Positions 12,511 through 23,470 of a DNA stretch of 64,000 nucleotides are shown here, piece after piece (position 1 is the stretch's first letter; the number at the start of each line of letters is the position of its first letter). Both the position numbers and the translations under genes were made by a program. The DNA is taken from NCBI GenBank assembly GCA_964016885.1, contig OZ024742.1:222456001-222520000 (forward strand). The letters are read 5' to 3'. The notes beneath the pieces are model-generated. The model did no database searches. It worked only from the letters and a program-made list of their open reading frames with translations, and was not told the origin of the DNA. The DNA comes from Eledone cirrhosa (Eukaryota).

Positions 12511-12953
12511 TTTGGCAGAGTAGTTATGACATCATTATAATGACCAAGCAAGGCTATCATCTCTATATCCTAAATATTTGTTTCTGTAGATACAAAAAGA
12601 TAATCCAACCTTCTCCTACTCTCCCTTCCATTCCTCAATACCTTGCCTCTCTCCTCCCCCTCATCCTTCTTCTTCTTCTTCTTCTTCTAATGCCACTGCT
12701 GTTTCCTATCATTAAAGCTATATCCCCCTCCCTACATTTTCTTTTACTTACTCCCTTTCCACTCATCTTCTCTCCATCATCACTACCCTCTTCTCCACCT
12801 CCACCCCTATCCTACCTACTCCCACCACACCTCCAACAATAGACACCTATAAATAGCCAGACTGACCAACTTTATTTGACATTCCTAATGATTTCATATG
12901 AATCAAATAGTTCTAGCCCTGTAGAAGTCATTTCTATATAAAATAAAGATGTA

Positions 12954-13000
<47 letters not shown>

Positions 13001-13503
13001 GAAATTGTGTGTGTGTGTGTGTGTCCTAATTTTTGCAAAGTCTATACAAATCCACATTTCTTCTCTGACTTCAAACTTGCATTTATATATTCCTTGCGGT
13101 CTAAAGATATTAACTGCAGCTTTTATTTTTCAATTTTCTGTTGTTAAAGAGGTGTTAGGCGCGGGTTAGCGATCTCTCTCGCTCTTTCTTAGTCTGTCTT
13201 TTTAGATAGATACATAGCTATAACGTCGCGCCCTTATAATATCTGTCTGTATGTCTGGCTGTCTGCATTACGACATTCTGAAAACATTGTTCTCATTGCT
13301 GACGTATTATCTTCGCTATTTTCCGTTCATTGCCAGGGAACGTCTTCACGAACCAAAGTATCGTCTTCCTGTTTTCCTTCGGTTGCAACATTTTTTGAAA
13401 TATTTACTTCTGCGTTCACAGATTGATTTTTTTTAGTTTCAGAAGGGTGAAAGCAACGATTCTTTGCTTAAACTTTAATCTGTTATTTTAATATATATAT
13501 ATA

Positions 13504-14737
13504 GAATCAAAAGGCCTTAAAATTAATTCTAGTATGTAGGAAGGAAAACAGGGCACTGGTCCCCTCTGGGAAATGGCCATGCTCAGTGTGTAGGAAAGGA
13601 GTAGGCAGAAACTCCATTTTATGTCCCAAATGCAAAGTATGGGTGCATAAAAGATGTAGTGGGATCACAGGTAAGCTAACTAAGAACATAGATTTTATAT
13701 GTGGCCGGTGCTCAGGTGCAATAAGTAGTAGCAAGTGCCCACAGGATACTAGCTCATTCCATTGCCCAGATGGTTCTATAGAAATAGTGGACACCTTCCG
13801 TTACCTGGGTGACAAAATCAGCAGTGGTGGAGGGTGCTCTGAAAGTACAGTAGCTAGAGTCAGAACGGGATGGAAAAAGTTCAGAGAGCTTACACCACTA
13901 TTGGCCGCTAAAGGTTTCTCTCTAAAAATGAAAGGCAGTCTGTACGATGCCTGCATACGAACAGCAATGTTACATGGCAGTGAGACATGGGCCTTGTGTG
14001 CAGAGGATCTATGCAGACTGGAGAGGAACGAAGCTTGCATGCTCCGCTGGATGTGTAATAGTAATATACGTGAACGGCAAACATAAATGAACTAAGTGAG
14101 AAATTAGGAATAAGAGGGATCAGATGCTGTTTACTCAAGAAAAGACTACGTTGGTATGGACACGTGATGCACATGAAAGACGACAGCATTATAAAAGAAT
14201 GCAGGGCGATCAAAATAGACGGTAGCTACAGAGTAGGCAGACCCAGAAAAACCTGGGACGACTTGATAAATTCCGACCTTACACACTTACACCTCTCCAA
14301 GACAATGTCACTGGATCGAGATCTTTGGCGCTATGCAGTAATACAGAAGACCCGCCTTACCTAAGTACAAAGTGAAACCTACAGTCAGTAGGCACCTCTT
14401 AACCAAAATATACCCCCGTCCCACTACACCACCCTTCTCGATGTAAAGTTATGTTGGTACCACAACATCCAGTCCTAAATAAATGAGGTCGTGTAGGTGT
14501 CACGACAAAAAACACACAGTCCATGCTGTAATGTGGCCGTGTAGGTAACACGGTAAAAACCTCCCAGCCCACACTGTAAAGATGGTTGGTGTTAGGAAGG
14601 GCATCCAGCCGTAGAAAACCTGCCAGACAGTCCTACACGAGCAAGACAACCAATCTTGCCTCAAGTGGGACAATTCCCGTCTAAACCCATGCTAGCGTGG
14701 AAGATAGACGTTAAATGATGATGATGATGATGATGAT
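13504..14737 (+). mobile_element. 5'-truncated RTE LINE: RT C-terminal region with PHD-finger insert, 3' UTR, (GAT)n tail
   Basis: ESKGLKIN...PSGKWPCSVC..CPKC..HKRC..CGRC...IEIVDTFRYLGD...RVRTGWKKFREL...MLHGSETW...RLRWYGHV...GRPRKTW; stop at 14362-14364; inserted in a TA-rich site. Confidence 0.93.
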
Positions 14738-14744
14738 ATAATTA

Positions 14745-15660
14745 TATATTCGTGTACAGATATTTTTGCATACACAAAAACAAAATATAAACAAACGTAT
14801 TTATTTCACGAAAGCACAGACGGCTTATCGTCATTGTTACTGCCGATATGCCACCCAAAAAGTCCCACTACTTTTGGCACAAAGCCAGCAATTACATAGT
14901 CAACGGTTCGGAGATCACATGCATCACTGACAAGTTTACTCCTTATTCTACCAGTTAGTCTTAGTGTTCTTCGTCCTGCTTTTAGGTCATGCCTCGAAGG
15001 AAGAGATACTCCATTGGCCGAAATACTGTGAAAGCAGCAAGAAAAAGAACAAGGTGGGCAAACGAATCGTCAGTGGAATCTGCTATTCGACGGTCGCAAG
15101 ATGCTGAACGTACTGCCACCAGAAGAGCACTTGAAACAGACAACCAACGAACCATTCACCGAACCGTGTCAGCTTAGCAAATCAACAAATCCCAGGGTCA
15201 GACCCTAGCTGTTGTTGGTCTTCTTTTGGAAGAGTCATGTTTTTCACACGGGCAACTATGCATTGGCTGCTCAAGAGTGGGAAGCAAGACAAATCTCTTT
15301 GCATATGCCCGACATGGAAGTTCAAGGAACATTGTGTACAAGGAGGTGCTACAATCATTGTTTAGGTAGACAAGGCAGAAGGAGATATACACGATTGGCT
15401 GAAGCAGGACGAGACTGTGTTAGTAGTACGACCAACGGCCGCTATCACACCAACAGCAGCAAAAACAACAACAAAAAAGAGAGGGATCGCAATTACATGC
15501 TTTTGAAAAATCTTAATGGAAAATGATTTGCCTAAGCACAAAATGTAGACACCATTCCCAGGCCGAGGTATTCCGTACTTCTCTGTACTGTTTCAGAAAG
15601 GAGGGATAAACATGTCAATCTATGTTTAGAAGCCCGAGCAACGCCGGGCCATTCTGCTAG
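14745..15660 (+). mobile_element. Internally deleted Helitron (RepHel N-terminus joined to Pif1-helicase C-terminus; intact 3' end); probably extends 5' to ~13100 across the RTE insertion
   Basis: MPRRKRYSIGRNT..R..RANES (14989); INKSQGQTL..VGL.L...CFSHGQL..CSRVG...RNIVYKEVL (15181-15369); hairpin cccgagcaacgccggg then CTAG|T at 15657-15661. Confidence 0.9.
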
Positions 15661-16074
15661 TATATATATATATATGTGTGTGTGTGTATATATATATGTA
15701 TACATATATATTACCGTCTAATATATATATATTACTGTATAACCCATGCTAGCATGAAAGATGGACGTTAAACGATGATGATGATGATATATATATATGT
15801 TTATCCCGGGTTCAATCAGGGTTAAGCACAGTAAGTAAGGTACTCAATACATAGCAGCATATCAATATTTAATGTATAAATACCACCATATTACATTGAC
15901 AGTCGGCTTTCCTGATGATTTACTCTGAATGAAACAGTTCTAGTCCTGTAGAAGCCATTTCTATATTAAATATATATATATATATATGTAAAAGGTATAC
16001 AGAAATAACAACACAGCTGTTACAGTATATGGAAGGAATATATTAGGTTAATGCTTGAAATAGCAGGGAGAGGG

Positions 16075-16110
16075 TCTTAATGTTTCAAACGTTAATCCTT
16101 CATCAGAAGA
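16075..16110 (-). ncRNA. Degenerate minimal type-I hammerhead ribozyme motif (Penelope-type)
   Basis: Minus strand: UCUU-CUGAUGA-A-GGA-uuaacg-UUU-GAAAC-A-UU|AAGA; stem I UCUU/AAGA. Confidence 0.55.
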
Positions 16111-16482
16111 AAGAATGAGAAATTAGAAAGATTGAAGGGACACGGGCGAGGCAGAATCGGAAAAAAATGTTTTTAGAGAAAAATAACAGGTCCATTCATG
16201 TTGCCATCTCCTGGAAAACTGTTGATGCTGGCGTTTTGTGTATGATATACATTTTTAGAAAAGTGGATGATGGAGCGCGTCTAGCTAAAATGGAAAAAAA
16301 AACATTCTGTATATAGAGCTATACGCGTGTGTGTGTGTGTGTTATTATATGTCTGTACAAAGATAAGAGGACATATGTGTGTATATGTAAGTAAAAGAGT
16401 GTGTGTGTGTACTTGTAAATACAAAGGTGTGAGCAAAAGTATGTTAATATAAGGGTGTGTGTGTATACAGAGCTGCGAAGAG

Positions 16483-16518
<36 letters not shown>

Positions 16519-16557
16519 GAGGAAGTTATAGTTCACTTGAAGCATTGTGTAATGAGG

Positions 16558-16787
16558 TATAAACGTTTGTATATGTATAATAAAGCATGACTTGGCAAGC
16601 TATTTAGAACACTGGTTTAACCGCTTTACTTCCCTCCGAAGAAAAGATATTATCTCGAAAATTAAGGACATTTAAATAAATCTAAGGTAAAAGACTAATT
16701 GTCAACAATATTTTTGCATTTGCATTCTTTATTCTATGTCCATACCTGCATTGTTTTGGCTTTATTATACATATACAAACGTTTATA
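16558..16787. mobile_element. Element with perfect 29-bp inverted ends enclosing a degenerate hammerhead core (16633-16667)
   Basis: tataaacgtttgtatatgtataataaagc (16558-16586) is the exact reverse complement of 16759-16787; internal CCU-CCGAAGA-AA-AGAU-auu-AUCU-C-GAAA-AU-UA|AGG. Confidence 0.6.
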
Positions 16788-16914
16788 TATATATATAATT
16801 TGGAAAATGTGTAAGATCATTGGTAAAGGAAAAGAATGACTTCATTTGTAGTTGGTATTCTATAACAACTTCATTCTATAATTTTATAATTATGCTATGT
16901 AGATCTAATAAGTC

Positions 16915-18060
16915 CATTGTTAACTTTGGTTAACTTTCTAGAGAACTTTCTTGCATTCGTCGGTGGTGATTATCAAGCCGATCCACCAGGATTTTATACA
17001 TCATTATCATCTCAGACACACATCTCTCCGTCAGCATCACAATTTTCCATGACACACTGCCTTGCAATCCTGAACTCCTCACGCCTTTGCTCCTCATGTT
17101 GTAGAACATGTTTAAATTTCTTATGTTCTGCTTCCCTTCTTGCAAAATATACCTGTTGCCTAGCCTATCTTCTAGCATCCTGGTAGTGCTCTCTCCTTCC
17201 CTCTATTCTGCCATTCTTTCCATGCCTGTCTTTTGGTCTTATTTCTCTCCTCCACCTTACTGTTCCACCATCAAGTCACTCTACTTCTTCTTAGAGAACT
17301 GCTCCAACCACAGATTTCATTTGTTGCCTTCAGTAGGTTATATTTCAGGAATTCTCACTGCTTGTATATTGTATGTCTCTATTTGCTTTTCTTTGCTGTC
17401 AAAAGCACCAAGCAACATACCTCTAAATTTATCACTAGTTGTAGGGTCCTTTAACTTTCACATTCTTCTCCTCAAGGTTGTCCTCTGTTGTTGAGTTCGT
17501 CTAACCTTAACTATAAGGCTGCTAACTGTTAGGTTATGTTGGATGATGCTTTCTTCTCTAGGGAGGGACTTTGTATTTACAACTGTCACTCTGTCTCGTC
17601 TTCTGGTAAGGATAATCTATCTGGACTTGGTTTTTTGAAGTTTGTGTTACAGATAGATAGATCATTGGCACCACAGAATTCCAGAAGCTTCCTCATTTCT
17701 GACACCAAATCCATAACCTATGTGGATTCCATTAAAGTCGCCTACAATGATTATGAAGTCACCGTCGCTTATTTGGGAAGTTGTGTGCATTAGTGATTCA
17801 TAGAACCTGTCTTTTAGTTCGTCTGAGAGTCCTGTAACCCTTATATGCTGATATGATCATTACAGTTATTCTATTTAGTACAAGTCTAAGTTTGATGATA
17901 CTGCCATTCACTCTATTTACAACAATTACCATGTCTAACCACTTTTCTGCTACCATAATCCCTACTTCCCCCAGCCCATTGTCACTTCCCACCCAGAAAA
18001 ATTTGTAGCATCGTTTTTTTGCCCAAAAGGAATCTAGCTGACATTCCCCTCCACCTAGTC
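16915..18060 (-). mobile_element. Decayed RTE LINE ORF2 5' part (APE endonuclease + linker)
   Basis: YKFFWVG...GEVGIMVAEKWLD.V..VNRVN..IIKLRLVL....IISAY; IIVGDFNG..GYGFGVRNEE; LEFCGANDLSICNTNFKKP; QH.L.V. Confidence 0.85.
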
Positions 18061-18657
18061 TCTTGCACGCAACATATATCAATATATATATTCTTTAAGT
18101 TTGAGTCTTGTTACTCTAGAGCAGCGTTTTTCAACCGGGGTTCCCCAGAACCATAAGGTTTCGCAAAAGGTCCCTAAGGGTCCGCGAGAACAAGTGAGAT
18201 AAGCTAATGCACTTTTGACTTTTTATTTAATTTCATATACGTAATATTACCAAACATGCACAATATATTCTTGGTTATTGTAATATTGTAATATAGACAT
18301 CATCCTATCTAACCTATTATGTTATTAAAAAATATAACAATCATTGGGAATATATTTAGTGATGTCTGTACGGCGCCAGTGTGAAACCGCCTTCACTATC
18401 ATAGTCAGTGCTACTCAGCGGACGGGACCTGTACGTGACTGATTCATGTATCAAGTGACTCATTCAGTACAAGACGCATGCACAGTCTACATCAGTTGTC
18501 TCTGTGGTTCCTGGCGTACAGGTACAGTCCCTCATTTGCCCACAATATTCAGTAAATTTCTTTTCCAGCATTCAGGGATATTTTATGAATTGTAAAAATT
18601 TAAGCACGCTTTTTTATTGCATTTTATTGCATTTTTACAGAAATACCTAATCACCCA

Positions 18658-20522
18658 ATGTGGCGATTTTTGAAGAGGAAACGTTTCGAAAATTCTGACG
18701 AGGTTAGTGATGAAGAACCACAAACTCATGAGATTAGTGATGAAGAGCCACAAGCTCCTGACCAATTCCACTGCACTAGTAGTTCAACAACGGGCAGAAA
18801 GAAGATCTGTCTTTACGATGAAAGTTATTATTAATGGGCTTCACATGGACCGGTGACCCAAGCTGTCCTATTCCATTGTGTGTCGTCTGTGACAAGCGAC
18901 TTTCAAATGCAGCAATGGCTCCAGCTAAACTGAAAAGACACTTCACAACAAATCACAGTCATATGAAAAATAAAAGTGCAGATTATTTTAAAAGGTTGTT
19001 AGAATATCAGAAAAAACAGAGTACAGCTTTTTTGAGTAAAGTTAGTGTAAGTGAAAAGGTTCTTGAAGCAAGTTATTTGGTAGCAGAAATTATTGCACAG
19101 AAAAGGAAAAGTCACACAGTCGGTAAAATGCTTGGACAAAATGCAGTACAAGAAATTGAAAATGTTCCACTTTCAAACAGTACAAGTCGACGTATTGATG
19201 ATATGGCACATGTCAGTGAAGAAGTTTTGTGTGACAAATTGAAAAATAGCAGTTTTTCTATTCAGGTTGATGAGTCAACAGATCTTACCAATAAATGTCA
19301 TGTTGTAGCTTTTGTAAGATTTGTCAATGAGGGTGAAATTCAAGAAAACTTCCTATGTTGCAAAGAACTGCCTGAGACGAGCAAAGGAATAGATGTATTC
19401 AATATTTTGTCCTCATATCTGGAAACAATAGGTCTCTCCTGGAAGGATTGTGTTGGCATCTGTACTGATGGTGCTCCATCAATGGTTGGCTCCATAAAAG
19501 GTTTTGCTTCTCTTTTAAAAAAAGAAAATCCTGATATAATCTCAACACACTGCTTTCTTCACAGAGAGGTATTGATTTCAAAATCACTTGGAGATGAACT
19601 GAAAAAAGTTTTTGATGATGTTACAAAAAGGATCAACTTTATTAAACAAAGACCAGTTCACTCCAGAATGTTTAAAAGACTGTGTGAAAAGCTGGACAAA
19701 GAACACATAAATCTATTGCTACATACGGAAATCCAGTGGCTGAGTAGAGGAAGAGTTCTAAATAGGGTGTTTGAGCTGAAAGATGAGTTGCAGAAATACT
19801 TTCAAGAAACCAATAAGCAAGATTTTGCTAAGTGCTTTGAAGATGAATATTTCCTGCAGAGGCTAAGCTACTTAGCAGACATTTTTCATCACATGAATCA
19901 ACTGAACAAGTCACTGCAAGGCCCCAGAGAAAATATACTAACTTCAAGTGATAAAATTCTTGCATTTAAAAAAAAAGTGAATTTGTGGAAGAACCATGTT
20001 GCAAAAGGAAATCTTGAGATGTTTCCGCTACTTCTGAGGCTTAAAAGTGAAGAGGGATATCAGGAAACTTCAAGTCTTATTGAATCCCATCTGGAAGAAC
20101 TGTATATCAGAATTGAAAATTATTTTCCTTCCCTTTCAACACAGGTGTATGATTGGGTGTGGGATCCATACTCTGAATCTGCTGGGCACCCTGAGAACTT
20201 GACATTAAAAGAAGAGGAAGAACTTTGTGAGCTGCAGTGTGATCGTACACTCAAGATAAGATTTACAGACCTATCTCTGGACAAGTTCTTAATTTCTGTG
20301 AAAGAAGAGTTTCCTACTATTCATAGGAAAGCAATTAATATATTGTTGCAGTTTTCAACGTCTTACATGTGTGAGCAAGCCTTTTCTTATTTAACAAGTA
20401 TCAAGAGCAAAGACAGAAATCATCTCCTCTCAATTGAGAATTAAATCCGTGTGTGTTTATCTAAAGTTCGACCTCGAATTAAGTATTTGTGTAGCAAAAG
20501 ACAGGCACAGGTTTCACATTAG
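18658..20522 (+). pseudogene. Buster-type (ZBED5/SCAND3/FAM200-like) transposase, lightly disrupted; main ORF 18834-20444
   Basis: BED finger CVVC..KLKRH..H; VDESTD, CTDGA, HCFLHRE, WLSRG, SYMCEQAFS. Probable true start MWRFLKRK at 18658 is frameshifted near 18830; premature TAA at 20442 precedes ...RQAQVSH* (20522). Confidence 0.93.
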
Positions 20523-20770
20523 AGAAGCATGTTTCACTTTATCAAATGGCTCTGAAAGTAACATTTTCTTGGCCCATTTATTGGTTCACAGGAGATTTTG
20601 CCTTGATTTACCTTATGTCTTTTCAACATTGCCAGTAAAGGATAAATAAATAATAAACTGATGCAGCAATTATCTGTTTTCGTTCTGTTTACATTTATAT
20701 TATAGGTATATGATATTGGTTACTTATGTTTATTTTTTACGTTTGAGTTTAGAATTTTTTTTGTGTGAAT

Positions 20771-21104
20771 GGAGGCACATGGCTTAGTGGTTAGAGCATT
20801 GGCCTTGCAATCGAAAGGTTGTGAGTTCAAATCTCAGACCAGGTGATGTGTTGTTTCCTTGAGCAAGACACTTTATTTCACATTGCTCCAGTTTACTCAG
20901 CTGTAGAAATGAGGTCTATATCATTCCACTGCAAAGTGGTCGTGGAGGTGCCACGGCAAAAAAGCACCCAGCACTCACTGTAAATGAGGTTGGTGTTAGG
21001 AAGGGCATCCAGCTGTAGAAATCAAGCTAGAATCAGTTCCCGTCCCACCCTTGCAAGCAGGGAAAAAGCGGACGTAAAATGAAATGATGATGATGATGAT
21101 GATG
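20771..21104 (+). mobile_element. Young tRNA/CORE-like SINE with RTE-type tail, nested in the Buster 3' region
   Basis: ggaggcacatggcttagtggttagag (A box), gagttcaaatc (B box), ccttgagcaagacacttta core, tail cccttgcaagcagggaaa..ggacgtaaaat(gat)n. Confidence 0.9.
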
Positions 21105-21544
21105 AATGAAAACTCCCTGATGAAGTATTATAAACGAACAGTATGAATTTTATTTAGCATTGCCGAAAAATTAGACAAAGAAGTATTAATTTTTCCTTAA
21201 ACCAGTTATTCAAAAATATATACTATGATATTTACCACGTGAACTACGCTGAAAATAAAATGAGAAAGATATGGTATATAATTTTGTTTTTGCGCAGGGG
21301 TTCCTTGAGACATGTAATTTATTTTAAGGGTTACGCAAGGGTAAAAAGGTTGAGAAATGTGCTGCTCTAGAGTTTCTCCTGTGTACTCACAGGGTCATCA
21401 GTCATATATATTAGCTAATGTCCATTTTTCCTGTTAGCAGCTATAGTAGAAAATACTCCTTACCCAAAGGTGTTGTGCAGTATGGCTGTACCTGAAACCA
21501 TGTGATTGCGAAGCGAACTCCTTAATCACATTACTATTCCAGCA

Positions 21545-21765
21545 TCATCATTTTTACGTGCATTTTTCAATGCTTGCATGAATTAGACAGGTCCTTTTCA
21601 GCACAGCATTACTCCACTCTGCATAATCTTTCGTCATTTCCTCTGTGAGTCTCAGTGATTTGAGATCAGCTCTCACCATCTCCACCCAGTTCTTCCTTGA
21701 TCTACCTCTACTGCGGCTTCCTTCCACTTAGATTTCCTGACACTTCTTCAACCACCAATCATCAT
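21545..21765 (-). mobile_element. RTE LINE 3' fragment (family of 417-790; further pieces at 37315-37485, 37600-37860, 38650-38910, 47404-47610)
   Basis: Reverse strand encodes VEGSRSRGRSRKNWVEMVRADLKSLRLTEEMTK-like C-terminus plus tail. Confidence 0.8.
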
Positions 21766-21846
21766 TATATATAAATTTAATCTATCTATTTTTATGGGGG
21801 ATTTTCAATAGTTTGCTGACAAATTTTTCTCTTTCTCCCTCCATAG

Positions 21847-21929
21847 AGTTGGTAATATTTCCATATGACTTGTGGAATTGCTGTCAATTTTCATCTTCAC
21901 CAATGGATTATAACCTTAAAAACTAAGAG
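21847..21929 (+). other. Candidate spliced exon (non-coding or 5' UTR/start exon) of an unidentified transcript
   Basis: Branch point gCTGAC at ~21815, pyrimidine tract tttttctctttctccctccatAG, donor GAG|GTAAGT; sequence is unique in the window. Confidence 0.5.
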
Positions 21930-21949
21930 GTAAGTTGTTGAGTTATGTC

Positions 21950-22450
21950 TTAACCCTTCTAAGCACCAAACCTCTCGGAAAGAGCCTCTGGTTCTATTAT
22001 ACAGAACCATTTATTTTAACCCTTTCTTTACCATATTTCTAATGAATAATAATTTACAAATCATTTTGATAAGAACCAAGAAATTGAAGGGATTTACTAA
22101 AGTAATCAGTTTTTTCAGTACTAAGTCGGTGTTTGGAACAAAACTTAACAAAGGTTCTTACATAAAATTATGATTAAATTTTTTTTTAGATAAATATAAA
22201 CACTTTAAAATAAACAGTTTGGTACATAGAACGACGGGAGGTTTCTGTTAGTGGTATCAAAATAGTGTAAATCTTTATATTTATTTTTTAATTTTGCATC
22301 GTAATTTATGTCAAAATCTTTCTTAATTTATGTTCCAAGCACCTTCTTAATAATGAGAAAGTTAATTATTTTACTAATTACCTCTCAGTTCTTGATTATG
22401 TTTAAAATAATTTTAAAATTTGGAAATATGTTAATGAAAGGGTTAATCCT
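21950..22450. mobile_element. AT-rich MITE-like family with TTAA|CCCTTT...AAAGGG|TTAA ends (decayed copies also ~28885-29110, 50040-50655, 53815-53940, 54835-55015)
   Basis: Recurrent ttaaccctt(t)..taccatatttctaatgaaata and tggtaa.gaaagggttaa termini. Confidence 0.6.
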
Positions 22451-22659
22451 GAAACTGCCTCTGATTCTATGATACAAAACTGTTTTAGAATGTTTATATT
22501 TATTTCAAAAATCCACCCTCATAATTTTATGTAAGAACCTTTCTTAAGTTATGTTCCAAACATTAACTTGAAAATGAGAATGTTAGCTATACTACTGAAT
22601 CCCTCCAATCTTATGTGGAACACTCTAACAGTTTCCACCAACCCACCACCATAATAACA

Positions 22660-23470
22660 TTAATGGTTTCTAATTAAGGCACAAGGCCAGCAATTTTTGG
22701 AGGGGTAAAAATTTATTAAATCAACCTCATTACTTAACTGGTATTTTATTTTATTGGCCCTGGAAAGGTAAAAATTAAGTTGACCTTGGTGACATTTGAA
22801 CTCAGAACAGAAAGAGCTGGAATAAATACTACCAGACATTTTATCTGATGCTCTAACAATTCTGCCAACAAAGTACCATAACAATAATTAATTGTTTCTA
22901 ATTTAGGCACAAGGCCAGCAATTTTCATTGGAGGGTAAAGTCAATTATATCAACTCCAGTGCTTGATTTTATATTATCAATAGACCTGTCAACTCTACCC
23001 GTCCGACAAGGAGATCTCCCACCCACTTTAGGGTGGGTGAAAGATGTCTTCTTTTGGGAAAATGGGTATAGCTTTCATTATGTAAAATTTGGGGCACTTT
23101 TTTCATGTTACTCCCCGTTTGGGTTTTTAGAGATTGGCAGGTCTGTTTATCGACCTCGAAGGGATGAAAAGCTTGACCTTGGCAGGATTTGAACTCAGAA
23201 CATAAAGAAATATAACTATATGCTAAAAAGCATATTGTCCATCGCTCTAATGATTCTATCAATCCATCAACCTGATAATAATAATTGTTTCTACATTTGG
23301 CACAAGGCCAGCAATTACCCAGTACATTACTGGTACTTTATTTTATCGACCCCGTAAGGATGAAAGACAAAGTTAACCTCGGCGGAATTTGAATTCAGAC
23401 CATAAAGGGCCGTAACTCTTTGCTGCAAAGCATGGCGTCGGACCCTCTACTGATACTGCCAATCCACCAT
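22660..23470 (-). mobile_element. Cluster of three head-to-tail Meta-domain-like SINEs (similar cluster at 24955-25500)
   Basis: Three repeats of ggcacaaggccagcaatt...ctggtactttattttatc...gaaaggcaaagttaacct..ggatttgaactcagaa. Confidence 0.85.
22981..23145. mobile_element. 165-bp hAT-type MITE inserted in a SINE
   Basis: TIR tagacctgtcaa / ttggcaggtctg; imperfect 8-bp TSD attatcaa / tttatcga; SINE sequence resumes after it. Confidence 0.75.

Larger units (their letters stand above)
18122..21364 (+). mobile_element. Near full-length hAT transposon of the Buster/Charlie group
   Basis: TIRs cagcgtttttcaacc / ggttgagaaatgtgctg; perfect 8-bp TSD CTCTAGAG at 18114-18121 and 21365-21372; encloses the transposase ORF. 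Confidence 0.96.

Noticed and set aside
18834-20444. Domesticated ZBED5/SCAND3/FAM200-like host gene
   Set aside because: Flanked by TIRs and a TSD and carries a frameshift and premature stop, so it is a transposon copy
20771-20845. tRNA gene (A and B boxes), likewise other SINE heads
   Set aside because: No complete cloverleaf; continues directly into SINE core and tail; multiple dispersed copies
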